Positions 30,204-40,059 are shown, counted from the stretch's first letter. The stretch: DNA of 64,000 nt from IMGVR_UViG_3300032334_001259:1-64000; one strand, 5' to 3'. Program-made: numbers and translations. The notes: a model not told the origin generated them from the sequence alone.

Positions 30204-30743
30204 CAAATTCATATGAACCATAACTAATTGTGCATAGCCATAAGCATGCGCTTTCTTAAAATAATAACCTTCATTTGGTTTAATCCAAATCTCATCAGCT
30301 ATTTCTCGCCATCGTTTTCCGATAAGGTGTCGTTTGGATGGACGAATGATTGCCAATACCATAGCCAACATATCCATTGAAGTAGGATGATGTTGTTGTA
30401 AGACATCAAAATGATTTGATAAATGAATAAGTTTGGCAACAAAATCCCTTTCTTTTAATAGTTCCCACTGTGGTTCACGTTTACAGAGTTCGTCAAGATG
30501 CTCGTTACTGCAAACTGAATTATAAACGTGAACATTTAGTAGGTCTAACTTCATATAACCTAATTCTTCTGCCGCATCATAATCAACATTGCTTAAACCA
30601 GTAAGTGGGTTTTGGGGTATGGGATTGACATAGACTCCAGTGTTGTGCTTGACAACGTTACCGTCACGGCGTATAGACGCAGGCACGTGCTTGATAAGTT
30701 TCAAGATATCCTCACGGCTTCCGAAATCTATGTCAATATCCAT
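30183..30743 (-). CDS. mini-DnaE: stand-alone palm/fingers fragment of a C-family polymerase
   Basis: MDIDIDF, KHNTGVYV, GYMKLDLL, LAIIRP and FKKAHAYGYA are colinear with DnaE motifs. Confidence 0.8.
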   Translation of the reverse strand: MDIDIDFGSREDILKLIKHVPASIRRDGNVVKHNTGVYVNPIPQNPLTGLSNVDYDAAEELGYMKLDLLNVHVYNSVCSNEHLDELCKREPQWELLKERDFVAKLIHLSNHFDVLQQHHPTSMDMLAMVLAIIRPSKRHLIGKRWREIADEIWIKPNEGYYFKKAHAYGYAQLVMVHMNLLTESFN

Positions 30744-30995
30744 TTATGCCCATCTCATTAAAAATAAACTACGTTCTTCATCATTAATAAACCCTAACAT
30801 CGTACCGTATTGTGACCACTTTGTCAAGGAAAAATTGCACCATGCCTTAATATCTTCTTCATTCTTTACCCAGAATGATGGATCAGCGATAATAAGAAAA
30901 CTTTTGTTTATTATCAAATCAAGCGCATAGACATTATCAGATAAGTCACGAATATCTTTCAATGATGCGGTACCAACTACAAATCGTGCCGCCAT
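30744..30995 (-). CDS. hypothetical protein
   Basis: 83-aa ORF, coupled to neighbours. Confidence 0.6.
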   Translation of the reverse strand: MAARFVVGTASLKDIRDLSDNVYALDLIINKSFLIIADPSFWVKNEEDIKAWCNFSLTKWSQYGTMLGFINDEERSLFLMRWA

Positions 30996-31729
30996 TAGCA
31001 GCCTGCTTTTTCTAATATCTGCCTTGCAAGTTCTGCTTCTGCAGCGTGTATTTTTAATTTACGTTCCCAAAATGGTGGGTCAATCCATGGCAAAGCAAGA
31101 GTAACTTGTTCTTCGTTTAATTCACCAAGTTTTTCCATGCCAGCATCACAGCAATAAATTACCCAAGGACTAATGCGACCATGCACGATATGATTTATTA
31201 AACGACTGGTACTAATCTTCTTAAAATAATCACTAAACTCTATGGTGCCATCTTTGGTTTCTTCTGCCCAACGTTGCATTGTTTCAATACTACGTTCCAT
31301 TGCTTCATCATATTTTTCTGTTCTGACATATTCCCAAAGATATGATTCATAAATTTTATCACGTGTCCAACTATCAAGTTTGTATTTGCTTGTAAGCACG
31401 TAATCTATAAATTTATTAACATTAATTGCATCAATGGCATGGCAATGACGACCAAACTTTACAAAACCTTGATACAATGAACTGCTACAAAAATCCTCAT
31501 ATGTTTTAAGTTTAGCACTGCCTTGGGTTAATTCATAAAACCGCATCCAAGCAATATAACCAATACGCACACCCTTTTCATTCTTTTGGTTTTCACGTCT
31601 TTTTGGTTCACATTGGTGAACAACAAGACTGCTCTCACGAGTGAAAGCAAGTCCACAATGCTTGCAGACATGCTCACCAGGTTTTACCTCTTTAGCGGCT
31701 TCACGGGCAATCTTACGTAATTCGTTCAT
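30995..31729 (-). CDS. zinc-finger-containing conserved phage protein
   Basis: CKHC...H.C zinc-finger-like motif. Confidence 0.6.
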   Translation of the reverse strand: MNELRKIAREAAKEVKPGEHVCKHCGLAFTRESSLVVHQCEPKRRENQKNEKGVRIGYIAWMRFYELTQGSAKLKTYEDFCSSSLYQGFVKFGRHCHAIDAINVNKFIDYVLTSKYKLDSWTRDKIYESYLWEYVRTEKYDEAMERSIETMQRWAEETKDGTIEFSDYFKKISTSRLINHIVHGRISPWVIYCCDAGMEKLGELNEEQVTLALPWIDPPFWERKLKIHAAEAELARQILEKAGC

Positions 31730-32252
31730 TTAATAATGATTTAGCTTCTTCTGTAATATAATACTTAAATCTGCTGTTGTCAAATCCTAATATCACATCT
31801 TTATGTAGTGGCAATTCATGAACATTGTATGGTTCTGTGTGAATAATTTCATTATAATATTGTGGAAAATTACCAAAATACACTTTTGGTTTTGCAATAT
31901 GTGTTATAGATTCATTAATAAATTTATGATGCAAGTGACCATACTCGCCAAGGTGATTGTGTGTTAATACAAAATCATGTTGACTGCAATGATACTGTAA
32001 AAATTTTTGCGCATCTTCACCATCAAAACCTAATTCATTATTTTTTACAAATTTCCAATCATCAGTAAAACCACCAAATTGTGTTTCAATTCCATATTTG
32101 TTCCAGAAATTTTTCATTTCAATAGCACGTGGATCATTAGAATTGTATGTAAGATAAACAATCTTCCAATTAAAATGCTGATACTTTCTTATAAATCCCC
32201 AAGCAAATATTACACAATCATCAGGGTGAGCAACTAAACAAACTGCTTTCAT
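31713..32252 (-). CDS. PIG-L/LmbE-family N-deacetylase-like protein
   Basis: VAHPDD and THN..GEYGH.HH motifs. Confidence 0.8.
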   Translation of the reverse strand: MKAVCLVAHPDDCVIFAWGFIRKYQHFNWKIVYLTYNSNDPRAIEMKNFWNKYGIETQFGGFTDDWKFVKNNELGFDGEDAQKFLQYHCSQHDFVLTHNHLGEYGHLHHKFINESITHIAKPKVYFGNFPQYYNEIIHTEPYNVHELPLHKDVILGFDNSRFKYYITEEAKSLLNERIT

Positions 32253-33088
32253 ATACGGTCCTTTACAAACTCATCCCATGCATTACGTTGGGCAGTATCA
32301 AGAAGTTTATAAGCACGAGGATGCACACTTGCAGTGAGTGCTTTGTAATCATTTTGCAATTTAACAAACCAGTTATAAAATGTATCTACTTCCCAATCCG
32401 CAAGATTGTAAATACCAATTTTTTGTTTGCCACTATAAAGATCATCAAATAAGTTATTCTTGCTTATCCAAGCACTGTAACATAAAAATTCAGTTATACC
32501 ATGTGTGTCAGGATTTGCTTTGCTTGGAAACTGACAATTACTTTCAAACCATTCTATAAAGTTTGGTTCACTCATAACCATATCACGCATGGCGTGTGTA
32601 TAAGCAAGAAAAGGAACACCAGCAGGACTGATCCACTTAAAATCTGTAATGCTATATTTTTGTTTTAGAAACTCTAAACCAGACTGCCAATGTGGACTAT
32701 TGCAGTCCCAACTTTCACAATGTGCACGATTGTATTGGTCAAATATTTCTTCTATATCAAGTGGACGAATAAACCATGTCTTGGCATCAAGTATCATGCA
32801 CCAATTACTTTCGGCATGTGCAGTGCCAAGTATCTTGCATACTTGTTGTGTATACCAACCTGACAGATGAGGTGATGGATAATAACCAAACTCGTTGCGG
32901 TGAAATATACGGACTTTATAGCCAAGTTCACCATACCAACTGATATCTATATCATCATGAGTTAGCGTTTCATCATTTAATATAACATATATATTTTGTA
33001 TTTCATCATCAAAGTAATAAGACATACTGTATGCTTGATGTTCAAGCAAATGCAATTCATCACGATAAACGACAGTTAGCAAGTCCAT
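32249..33088 (-). CDS. GT-A-like putative glycosyltransferase (DUF6492-like)
   Basis: GWYTQQVCK, LDAK, TEF..Y. Confidence 0.55.
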   Translation of the reverse strand: MDLLTVVYRDELHLLEHQAYSMSYYFDDEIQNIYVILNDETLTHDDIDISWYGELGYKVRIFHRNEFGYYPSPHLSGWYTQQVCKILGTAHAESNWCMILDAKTWFIRPLDIEEIFDQYNRAHCESWDCNSPHWQSGLEFLKQKYSITDFKWISPAGVPFLAYTHAMRDMVMSEPNFIEWFESNCQFPSKANPDTHGITEFLCYSAWISKNNLFDDLYSGKQKIGIYNLADWEVDTFYNWFVKLQNDYKALTASVHPRAYKLLDTAQRNAWDEFVKDRI

Positions 33089-33090
33089 TG

Positions 33091-33306
33091 TTACTTTGTT
33101 ATCTCATGTAGCGTTCGTGCTTGCTTTAATAAATCAATAACAGTTGGGTCTTTGCTTTGAAATACTGGTCTCCATTCTTGCCACCAATTAAATAATTCAA
33201 CCATTTCAAGTGTAAAATTACAATGTAATTGCTGACCACCAAAAGTATCACTGGTTGTTAACGATGCTATCCTGTATTCATTAGTTGTAGCACTTTTAAT
33301 AGTCAT
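33091..33306 (-). CDS. hypothetical protein
   Basis: 71-aa coupled ORF. Confidence 0.55.
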   Translation of the reverse strand: MTIKSATTNEYRIASLTTSDTFGGQQLHCNFTLEMVELFNWWQEWRPVFQSKDPTVIDLLKQARTLHEITK

Positions 33307-33767
33307 TTCAACGCCTCTTTAATTTCTTTGTCGCTGTATCCACGTTCAACTAACATTGCTTTATATTGCTCATCAGTAATTTTATCAGCAAGAAGTTCTG
33401 CTTCATAACTTTTAATATGCGGATATAATTCTAACATCTTTTTTGCACGTTTGTTCTTGGCAGTCTTACCGCTATATGCCATCCACTCATGACGATGCTT
33501 GCCCATGTTGGGGCTTACTGTGGTCAGTAAAAGCCATTGTAGTTTAGGATGCTTGTTGATATCAAAGAAACGTTTGTTTACACGCTCGTTCATTGCTTGC
33601 AAATAATATTGCTGCAATTCTGGAATACCGTTGACTACACTGCCCCAACGCAACATAAGATATGTAGAGAACTTCTTGCGTTCTTCATCGTTAAGTTCAT
33701 CGTAGAACTCACGATTACGCAAATCAAGTTGAGCCATCTCATAGCCAATGTCAAGTTTGTTCATCAA
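33303..33767 (-). CDS. clamp loader small subunit (gp62-like)
   Basis: FYDEL..EERKKFS.Y...R, HPKLQW; size and context match. Confidence 0.55.
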   Translation of the reverse strand: MMNKLDIGYEMAQLDLRNREFYDELNDEERKKFSTYLMLRWGSVVNGIPELQQYYLQAMNERVNKRFFDINKHPKLQWLLLTTVSPNMGKHRHEWMAYSGKTAKNKRAKKMLELYPHIKSYEAELLADKITDEQYKAMLVERGYSDKEIKEALK

Positions 33768-34389
33768 ATACTTCTTTTTCTGCTTCCAATGCTATTGCAG
33801 CTATCTTTCTTATCACAATACCATTATCTTTTGCAATTAATAAATGTGTTAAATCCTTATATGAATTAATATCTTTGCTATTAATTAAAACGATATCAAT
33901 TCCTTTTTGAATAATTTTTTTGTATATTTTTTCGTCGTACTCTTGTGTAATTGCCTTACCATTTGAAAATATGTTATATTCAAGATCACGTGGTTTCATA
34001 TACATAAAAAGTTGATGTAATGAATGTCCATCATACACAATATACCACGTTCTGGCATTGGAATCCCATTTTGCACCTAACTTTTTTACCCTATCTTTAT
34101 GTTCAAATGGCACATCAAGAATTATTTTATAGTTTTCTTTCATATAGCTATAACTTAAAGTTAATTCATGATATACACATTCAATATAAATGTCATATTT
34201 TTTAATATAAAAATCACATATAATATTTTGATTAGGATATTTTACTTCATATTCATATGGAAGACCACTTGGTAGCAAAAATTTATTAACAAAATCAGCC
34301 TCAAATTTACTGCGATATTTTTTACCGTCATTTGCATACGTAGGAATACCAAAGATAGGTTTTCTTATTTTTGTTTCAAGATTAACCAA
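33751..34389 (-). CDS. PD-(D/E)xK endonuclease with inserted DUF5710-like domain
   Basis: YRSKFE...YEYE...CDFYI...IYIE; VPFEHKDRVKKLGAKWD...W. Confidence 0.6.
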   Translation of the reverse strand: MVNLETKIRKPIFGIPTYANDGKKYRSKFEADFVNKFLLPSGLPYEYEVKYPNQNIICDFYIKKYDIYIECVYHELTLSYSYMKENYKIILDVPFEHKDRVKKLGAKWDSNARTWYIVYDGHSLHQLFMYMKPRDLEYNIFSNGKAITQEYDEKIYKKIIQKGIDIVLINSKDINSYKDLTHLLIAKDNGIVIRKIAAIALEAEKEVFDEQT

Positions 34390-34615
34390 GGATTATTCCT
34401 CTCCATTCACCTTTTTCAGTTGGCTGAAATATTGCAGAAATACTGTCATCATGCTTGAATTCTTTTATTTCTACACTTGCATAATACAGTGAGCGCAACT
34501 GATCTGCCACATCTTTCAACGTTGGATTAGTCTCGGTGGCTTTAAGAATATCCATCCACTCAATATATTCTTCTGTATAATACCGTTTTGGGGGTGGTGC
34601 GTTTCCAATGCTCAT
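34382..34615 (-). CDS. hypothetical protein
   Basis: 77-aa ORF with a leaderless sigma70 promoter. Confidence 0.6.
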   Translation of the reverse strand: MSIGNAPPPKRYYTEEYIEWMDILKATETNPTLKDVADQLRSLYYASVEIKEFKHDDSISAIFQPTEKGEWRGIILG

Positions 34616-34621
34616 AATATT

Positions 34622-34650
34622 ATCTTATCATACATTATTGGTTTTGTCAA
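34622..34650 (-). promoter_or_regulatory. sigma70 promoter TTGACA-17-TAAGAT (leaderless)
   Basis: -10 box ends 6 nt before ATG 34615; TG extension. Confidence 0.7.
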
Positions 34651-35369
34651 TAGTCACGATATCCATATTTTGTAAGGTCAATATCATATCCAAAACAATT
34701 TACAATGTCTGGTAGCCAAGTTTTTTCCAATGCTTCTTCATACAAAACAGAATTGAAATTTGGTTGTATTTTATATAATTCATCATATTTTTTGTTTATA
34801 AAAATGTCTTCATAACTTAAATTTTTAAAAACTGTAGAATAATCTTTGTTTACATCATCATAAACGTGAAAATCTAATTTTTCACAATTTTCTAAATCAT
34901 AAATCAAAGATTGATAGCGATTGTAATCATTTATTTCTAAATTTTTCTCTAAACAATAAAAATCTGCATGGTATTCAATTTTAGATGATAAAAAATTATC
35001 TTTTGTTTTAGACATAAGATAACTTCCTAATTTTTTTTTGAAAAAAAGTGGTCTACTCGTATAGGCTTTTACAAATCCTTCAATGGAAGCAGTACGATAG
35101 TATTTTTTTTCTATTGATATTTTTATAATTTTGCAATTATATTTTTCTAGTAATTCTTTTTCAATTCCGTATAATCTATGACCTGGTATAATAAAAAATT
35201 CTTTTTCAAGTTTTTTTTCTACATTATATCCTTCCCAATTTTTTAAATTTATTTTATGTTTTTTAGATCTAGCATGACCACCATCTGTAATTAATTTTTT
35301 AAAATTTAAAAAATTACATAAAAAATCACCCTTGCATCCACCTCTGTAATCTAAAAGATATTTTGTCAT
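34647..35369 (-). CDS. hypothetical AT-rich protein (possible sulfotransferase-like P-loop)
   Basis: YRGGCKGDFL N-terminal motif, LSYEDI. Confidence 0.4.
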   Translation of the reverse strand: MTKYLLDYRGGCKGDFLCNFLNFKKLITDGGHARSKKHKINLKNWEGYNVEKKLEKEFFIIPGHRLYGIEKELLEKYNCKIIKISIEKKYYRTASIEGFVKAYTSRPLFFKKKLGSYLMSKTKDNFLSSKIEYHADFYCLEKNLEINDYNRYQSLIYDLENCEKLDFHVYDDVNKDYSTVFKNLSYEDIFINKKYDELYKIQPNFNSVLYEEALEKTWLPDIVNCFGYDIDLTKYGYRDY

Positions 35370-35866
35370 ACGATATTTTGGATATCAATGGTTTCACTTG
35401 CACGGCTAATTTCTTTAACAAAGTATGCACAGATTGGCTTTGGACCATCACTAATTGGAATACAAAGTAGCTGACCATTTTTTAGTTTAGGAAAATACCA
35501 ACGCACATCTTGATATACATCTTCAATTTCTATTGGTAAAAAGTCAGCACGGAATGAACTTAGCGGATTAAATGTAAATGCTTCAAATCCACGGTCATTT
35601 AATTTTGTAAGTGGTAGTGCTTCTAAATCACCTATCTCTGCTTCACCAATAAGTATACGCCAATTATATGGCATCATTATACGATGTTGTCCTATTTTAA
35701 GAACCAATGCTGGATCATTAAAACTTTCTAAAAATACCAGTGGTAAGAAATAATAATCTGCTTCTGGTGGGTTACTGTTATCTAAAACGCAAAATCGTAA
35801 ATCATCAACTTGTTCTGGTAAATTATTCATTTCAAATACGGTATTGTCAACTGTTAATATTCTCAC
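35366..35866 (-). CDS. conserved phage hypothetical protein
   Basis: PLVFLESF and WYFPKLK; downstream of uvsW. Confidence 0.65.
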   Translation of the reverse strand: MRILTVDNTVFEMNNLPEQVDDLRFCVLDNSNPPEADYYFLPLVFLESFNDPALVLKIGQHRIMMPYNWRILIGEAEIGDLEALPLTKLNDRGFEAFTFNPLSSFRADFLPIEIEDVYQDVRWYFPKLKNGQLLCIPISDGPKPICAYFVKEISRASETIDIQNIV

Positions 35867-36633
35867 TGTCTTTCCTTAACAAAATTATAATATAGTTCAG
35901 CAATGGCAACCTGACCATCAGGATGCGTATGATAACCAGGGTCTACCCCTGTAAGTGGATGGCTATTACAAAAAGCACCCAATGCAAATGTAGTAGGTGC
36001 AAAATACTTTTGTAAAAATGGTTGTGGGAAATCTGCCGCCCAACCTTTACCATGAATATATGTATTCCAACCATTAAACAAAAAGGGTATGTTTAAGTAA
36101 TCTAATTTCCATAAACCACTATATAATACCCAATTATCTACTTGACGTTTCCAATGTGCATCATAAAGAAATGCAGCATAACCTTCCATTGCCATGCGTG
36201 TATGCTTGTCTACTTTTGTAATACGATAATTGTGGTCATAGTTTTCTATAACACTAAACATTGTTTCAGCAATCATGCGATAAGGATGTGCGTCACCATA
36301 ATTAAAATTCTTTAATCCATCTTCCCAAAGATAACCATTACGATTATCATGGTGTGCACTGTGGTTTGGACTACCATCTTCTATCTTGATAAATTTCTCA
36401 ACTGGAAACTCTAAACGGTCTTCTGTTGTGCTTGCGACGAATACCCAATCTGCTTTTTCTTTTATTGCTTCATCTATTTGTAATCGTATTACATTATTAC
36501 CAATACCTTGTCGTGCATATGTTATTAATTCTGCACCAAGTTTGTTAGCAAGTATTTCACTCCAATGTGTTCCTTTGTATTCAGGCAAATTACTAACAGC
36601 ACTGAAACTACAACCACACACTGCTATCTTCAT
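35863..36633 (-). CDS. SGNH/GDSL-like protein
   Basis: IAVCGCSFS, ARQGIGN, YHTHPDG. Confidence 0.55.
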   Translation of the reverse strand: MKIAVCGCSFSAVSNLPEYKGTHWSEILANKLGAELITYARQGIGNNVIRLQIDEAIKEKADWVFVASTTEDRLEFPVEKFIKIEDGSPNHSAHHDNRNGYLWEDGLKNFNYGDAHPYRMIAETMFSVIENYDHNYRITKVDKHTRMAMEGYAAFLYDAHWKRQVDNWVLYSGLWKLDYLNIPFLFNGWNTYIHGKGWAADFPQPFLQKYFAPTTFALGAFCNSHPLTGVDPGYHTHPDGQVAIAELYYNFVKERQ

Positions 36634-38072
36634 TTGTAAACACTCTTTTCTTGAGTGAATGGATATTTTGCATCTTTATAAAATTGTTTACGTTTTGTAA
36701 GATGACGTTTTGCAAAATTACAATCTGCGGTTACATCCCAGATTTGAACAAAGTCTTTGTCTTCTGCTTTACGGATTCCACGTCCGATACTTTGGATGAC
36801 ACGAACAAAACTTTTACCAGGTTCAATAAGCACAAGATTGAAAATGCGAGGGATATTAATACCAACGGCTGCAACGCCGTAAGTAGCCACGATAATCTTG
36901 TCACTAACATCCGCAACTTCATCATAGTGTTCCTTTCTGTCCGTGACTTTCATATCGCCATGAACAAATACACTATTAGGTAATCGTGTTACTAATTCAT
37001 CACCACATTCACGACGATCAACCAACACAAGTGTATTACCAGTTTTGATAATTTCATTTATCATACTTGCAAGATGGTCCAATCTTTCGCTATTAGTAGT
37101 AAGATATTTAAGTTCAGCTTGATAGTTTTTGAACTGTGCATGTTCAACTGTTTGCACAATATTAACATGACAAGCACTTAATACACCACGTTCTTGTAAT
37201 TCAGCCGCACTTAATTGATTAAGCACTTGACCAAATGATACAAGCAGTGCAGCACGTTCAAACTGTTCTTTGGGAACTGTTCCTGTTAGACCCCAACGGA
37301 TAGGAACATCAGCAAAGTGATCTGTCAATAATGCTTTAAGAACTTCTGCTTTTGCTTGATGCACTTCATCAACGATGATAGCAACAACGTTTAGCATCGC
37401 TGTCCACTCATCACCGTCTTTATTTTTCTTTAATAAATTGTTTAGGCTTTGCCATGTGCAGATAGTATGTGTGCGACCAAGTTCTTTGCGGTCACCAAAA
37501 TATACACCAACATCTAATCCAAGATTTATATAATCTGCTTCTGTTTGTGTAACAAGACTTTTGTTAGGAACAATAATGATTGTGCGACCATACTTTTCAA
37601 CACTATACGATAGTGCTGCGGTCATGATTGTCTTACCAGCACCAGTGGCTACTTCTTGTATGCCTTGTGGATTTTGTAAAAACTCGTTGACAATTTCAAC
37701 TTGATAATCACGTAGAACTATTGGCTTACCTTCTTGTGGATGTCCTTTTGGCCAGTTCTTGTTGCTAAATGTATTTTCATTTATAGCATCAAACTCAAGT
37801 TGCTCACGTGATGCACGATGATCTTCAATTTCAAAATCCCAATTTCTATCTTGCAACCATTCTATAATTTCTGGTAGAAGATTAATATAAGTTGAACCAC
37901 CAAGTTGAAAGTAAGCAACCTTTCCATCCCATCTACCAAGTTTAACGCTTGGTAAATGACGAGCATAAGGAACTTCATACTTAAACTTTGCCACAAGTCT
38001 GCGACGAGTATCAACGTCAAGACCTTCTAATTTGCAGTTGACTTCATCACGAATGATAATTTTACATAACAT
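36630..38072 (-). CDS. uvsW: SF2 DNA helicase (UvsW-like)
   Basis: LRDYQ, ATGAGKT, VDEVH, GLTGT, QSIGRGIR. Confidence 0.9.
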   Translation of the reverse strand: MLCKIIIRDEVNCKLEGLDVDTRRRLVAKFKYEVPYARHLPSVKLGRWDGKVAYFQLGGSTYINLLPEIIEWLQDRNWDFEIEDHRASREQLEFDAINENTFSNKNWPKGHPQEGKPIVLRDYQVEIVNEFLQNPQGIQEVATGAGKTIMTAALSYSVEKYGRTIIIVPNKSLVTQTEADYINLGLDVGVYFGDRKELGRTHTICTWQSLNNLLKKNKDGDEWTAMLNVVAIIVDEVHQAKAEVLKALLTDHFADVPIRWGLTGTVPKEQFERAALLVSFGQVLNQLSAAELQERGVLSACHVNIVQTVEHAQFKNYQAELKYLTTNSERLDHLASMINEIIKTGNTLVLVDRRECGDELVTRLPNSVFVHGDMKVTDRKEHYDEVADVSDKIIVATYGVAAVGINIPRIFNLVLIEPGKSFVRVIQSIGRGIRKAEDKDFVQIWDVTADCNFAKRHLTKRKQFYKDAKYPFTQEKSVYK

Positions 38073-38079
38073 TAATGTT

Positions 38080-38108
38080 AATATAGTATATTAGAAAATA
38101 TATTTCAA
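38080..38108 (-). promoter_or_regulatory. sigma70 promoter TTGAAA-17-TATATT (leaderless) for uvsW
   Basis: -10 box ends 7 nt before ATG 38072. Confidence 0.65.
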
Positions 38109-38109
38109 T

Positions 38110-38136
38110 AAAAAAGCAGCGATAAACGCTGCTTTA
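38110..38136 (-). terminator. Rho-independent terminator
   Basis: AAAGCAGCG-tttat-CGCTGCTTT followed by a T-run. Confidence 0.8.
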
Positions 38137-38313
38137 TTTTTTAGATTTTACTTCTACAATTTTTTGGATAGTTACTTTAGCACCACCAAATCCATATTGC
38201 AAATCGATCAGGCGTTTTGCACTCGCCTGATCGTTTGCATTTACTGTTAGTGAGAATTGCAGTGTGGGTGTTTGTGGTCTTGTGACAACACCCTTTATAT
38301 CATACTGCTTCAC
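38134..38313 (-). CDS. small hypothetical protein (59 aa, not in ORF track)
   Basis: GTG overlapping the upstream TGA; MKQYDIKGVVTRPQ...VEVKSKK*, ends at the terminator. Confidence 0.6.
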   Translation of the reverse strand: MKQYDIKGVVTRPQTPTLQFSLTVNANDQASAKRLIDLQYGFGGAKVTIQKIVEVKSKK

Positions 38314-39329
38314 TTACCACCACTCCTCATTACGGTAATCTCTGCAACACGCTGCCAACGAGAACCAACACTCTTACGAAGGTCTGCCAACTTGAGTGCG
38401 GTGCGTAGTGACATTTCACGGAACCGCTTGGCATTATCCTTCATAAACTGCAGGATTTCGTCCTGTTGCTCATCGGTAAAATCATAATCACGGAACAATT
38501 CACCGCTGTTTGCAATTTGCCGAATACGAAGATATTTATCGTGTTCAGTGTCAAGCGTCAAGTCAATGTAATGGCAACGTGATTGCAATGCTTCAAGATG
38601 ATCTTGCAATTTTTTAGAACGGATGTTCTCAAACTTCAAGTTAGTAATGAAGATAACACCACCCTTGAAGTCAAACTTGTTTGGAATACCTTGCTTGTTC
38701 AAAAGTGAACTGTCAGCGTTCCAGTGAATTGTGCGGCGTTTACCGCTATCAAGTGCAGCCTTAAGAATGTTAAGTGCCAATTCATCCATCAACACGCTAT
38801 CGCAATCGTCAAATACAAGAACACTACCACTTTCACTGAACTCATACAGTTTGGCATACAGACCAAGTGCAGTCATTGCACCCTTGACAACTTGATACTT
38901 GACACGGCCAGCAACTTCATCAAGAACACTAACTTGGTCAAGACGCTTGTGAACGCCATACGACTTGCCAACGCCAGGCGGTCCAACAACGATCATTGCA
39001 CGAACGTCACCTTCCTTGACAGCAGTAGTCATGTCTTCAAGGATGCTGAAACGTTCAGCAATACGTTCAATAATCTGCTCGTCAGTTTCTTTGACTTTAG
39101 GTTGAACTGCAGTTTCTGTCATCTTTGGTGCTTCCTGATCTGTATATTCAATCATATGTTCGCCATCAAGCTGAATACGGCAACGCTTGCGGTTAAATGG
39201 AATTGAGCCATCCACTGAAATATAACCACTACGACCAACCTTGGTAAATGGGGTCAGGAGCGGAAATACGGTGTTTTCAACAGGCATACCGTTAAAAGTG
39301 CCAGACTTAACGAGGACTGAATTAGACAT
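38310..39329 (-). CDS. AAA+ ATPase, phage-conserved
   Basis: GPPGVGKS Walker A, VLVFDDCD Walker B, FITN sensor, SR finger. Confidence 0.85.
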   Translation of the reverse strand: MSNSVLVKSGTFNGMPVENTVFPLLTPFTKVGRSGYISVDGSIPFNRKRCRIQLDGEHMIEYTDQEAPKMTETAVQPKVKETDEQIIERIAERFSILEDMTTAVKEGDVRAMIVVGPPGVGKSYGVHKRLDQVSVLDEVAGRVKYQVVKGAMTALGLYAKLYEFSESGSVLVFDDCDSVLMDELALNILKAALDSGKRRTIHWNADSSLLNKQGIPNKFDFKGGVIFITNLKFENIRSKKLQDHLEALQSRCHYIDLTLDTEHDKYLRIRQIANSGELFRDYDFTDEQQDEILQFMKDNAKRFREMSLRTALKLADLRKSVGSRWQRVAEITVMRSGGK

Positions 39330-39360
39330 CTGTTTTCTCCATCAACAGGTTATATTGTGA

Positions 39361-39388
39361 TAATATCATAAAATTAAGGGTTGTCAAG
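39361..39388 (-). promoter_or_regulatory. early sigma70 promoter
   Basis: TTGACA acccttaattttaTGa TATTAT upstream of SD GGAG. Confidence 0.65.
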
Positions 39389-39395
39389 CACTTTT

Positions 39396-39722
39396 TTACT
39401 GTGCACCCGTCCAACGGATACGGTCAAAAGTGCCGTCAATTACGTTACCACGGGCAAAATTCTTGGCTGGTGCTCTCCAAGATGCGGCTTTAAGGATATC
39501 ACCCATACGAAACTTGCCAACATTACCCTTGGCAATAAAGCAGTGGACGCTGTTACGTGATACAATCTTGATAAATTTGCTACCTTCTTCAATGCGGAAA
39601 CTATCATTATATTCTTGGATCATAGCCGCTACATGCGGTAAATTGGCTTGGTGACCGCACCACGACAGATAATCAGCCTTGGCTTTTTCAATCAATTTGG
39701 TGATGCCAGTTTCAAAGTCCAT
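39396..39722 (-). CDS. small early phage protein
   Basis: GDILKAASWRAPAKNFARGNV motif; SD GGAG before MDFETG; own TTGACA promoter. Confidence 0.7.
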   Translation of the reverse strand: MDFETGITKLIEKAKADYLSWCGHQANLPHVAAMIQEYNDSFRIEEGSKFIKIVSRNSVHCFIAKGNVGKFRMGDILKAASWRAPAKNFARGNVIDGTFDRIRWTGAQ

Positions 39723-39777
39723 TGCAGTTCTCCGTTGCAATCTCTATATTACCAATATAACACAGATTTAGAGGCTG

Positions 39778-39969
39778 TCAAGCATTATTTTGACAAAAAA
39801 GTGCGTCATCCATCTGCTCATAAGCCATTGAAATTTCATCATAATTTGGCTCTGGCTGTGGGTCATTTTGATGGATACGGGTCCATTCTTCCCACAAAAA
39901 TTGTTGAATTTCAGTGGAATTGGTGTCAATTTCGGTGTCAAAATTTTGACATTTTTCAAAGCGAATCAT
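39778..39969 (-). CDS. small early hypothetical protein
   Basis: SD GGGAG and TTGACA...TATTAT promoter upstream. Confidence 0.55.
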   Translation of the reverse strand: MIRFEKCQNFDTEIDTNSTEIQQFLWEEWTRIHQNDPQPEPNYDEISMAYEQMDDALFCQNNA

Positions 39970-40059
39970 AGGTAACTCCCTTGTTTACATTTTCATAATA
40001 TCATACAATTTAAGTATGTCAAGATATTTTTTTATAAATATTAACGTCTGGAGAAATTC

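Noticed and set aside
23640-30743. The two DnaE-like ORFs as halves of one split gene
   Set aside because: They cover the same motifs (DIDID, KxD, IRP, AHA) redundantly rather than complementing each other.
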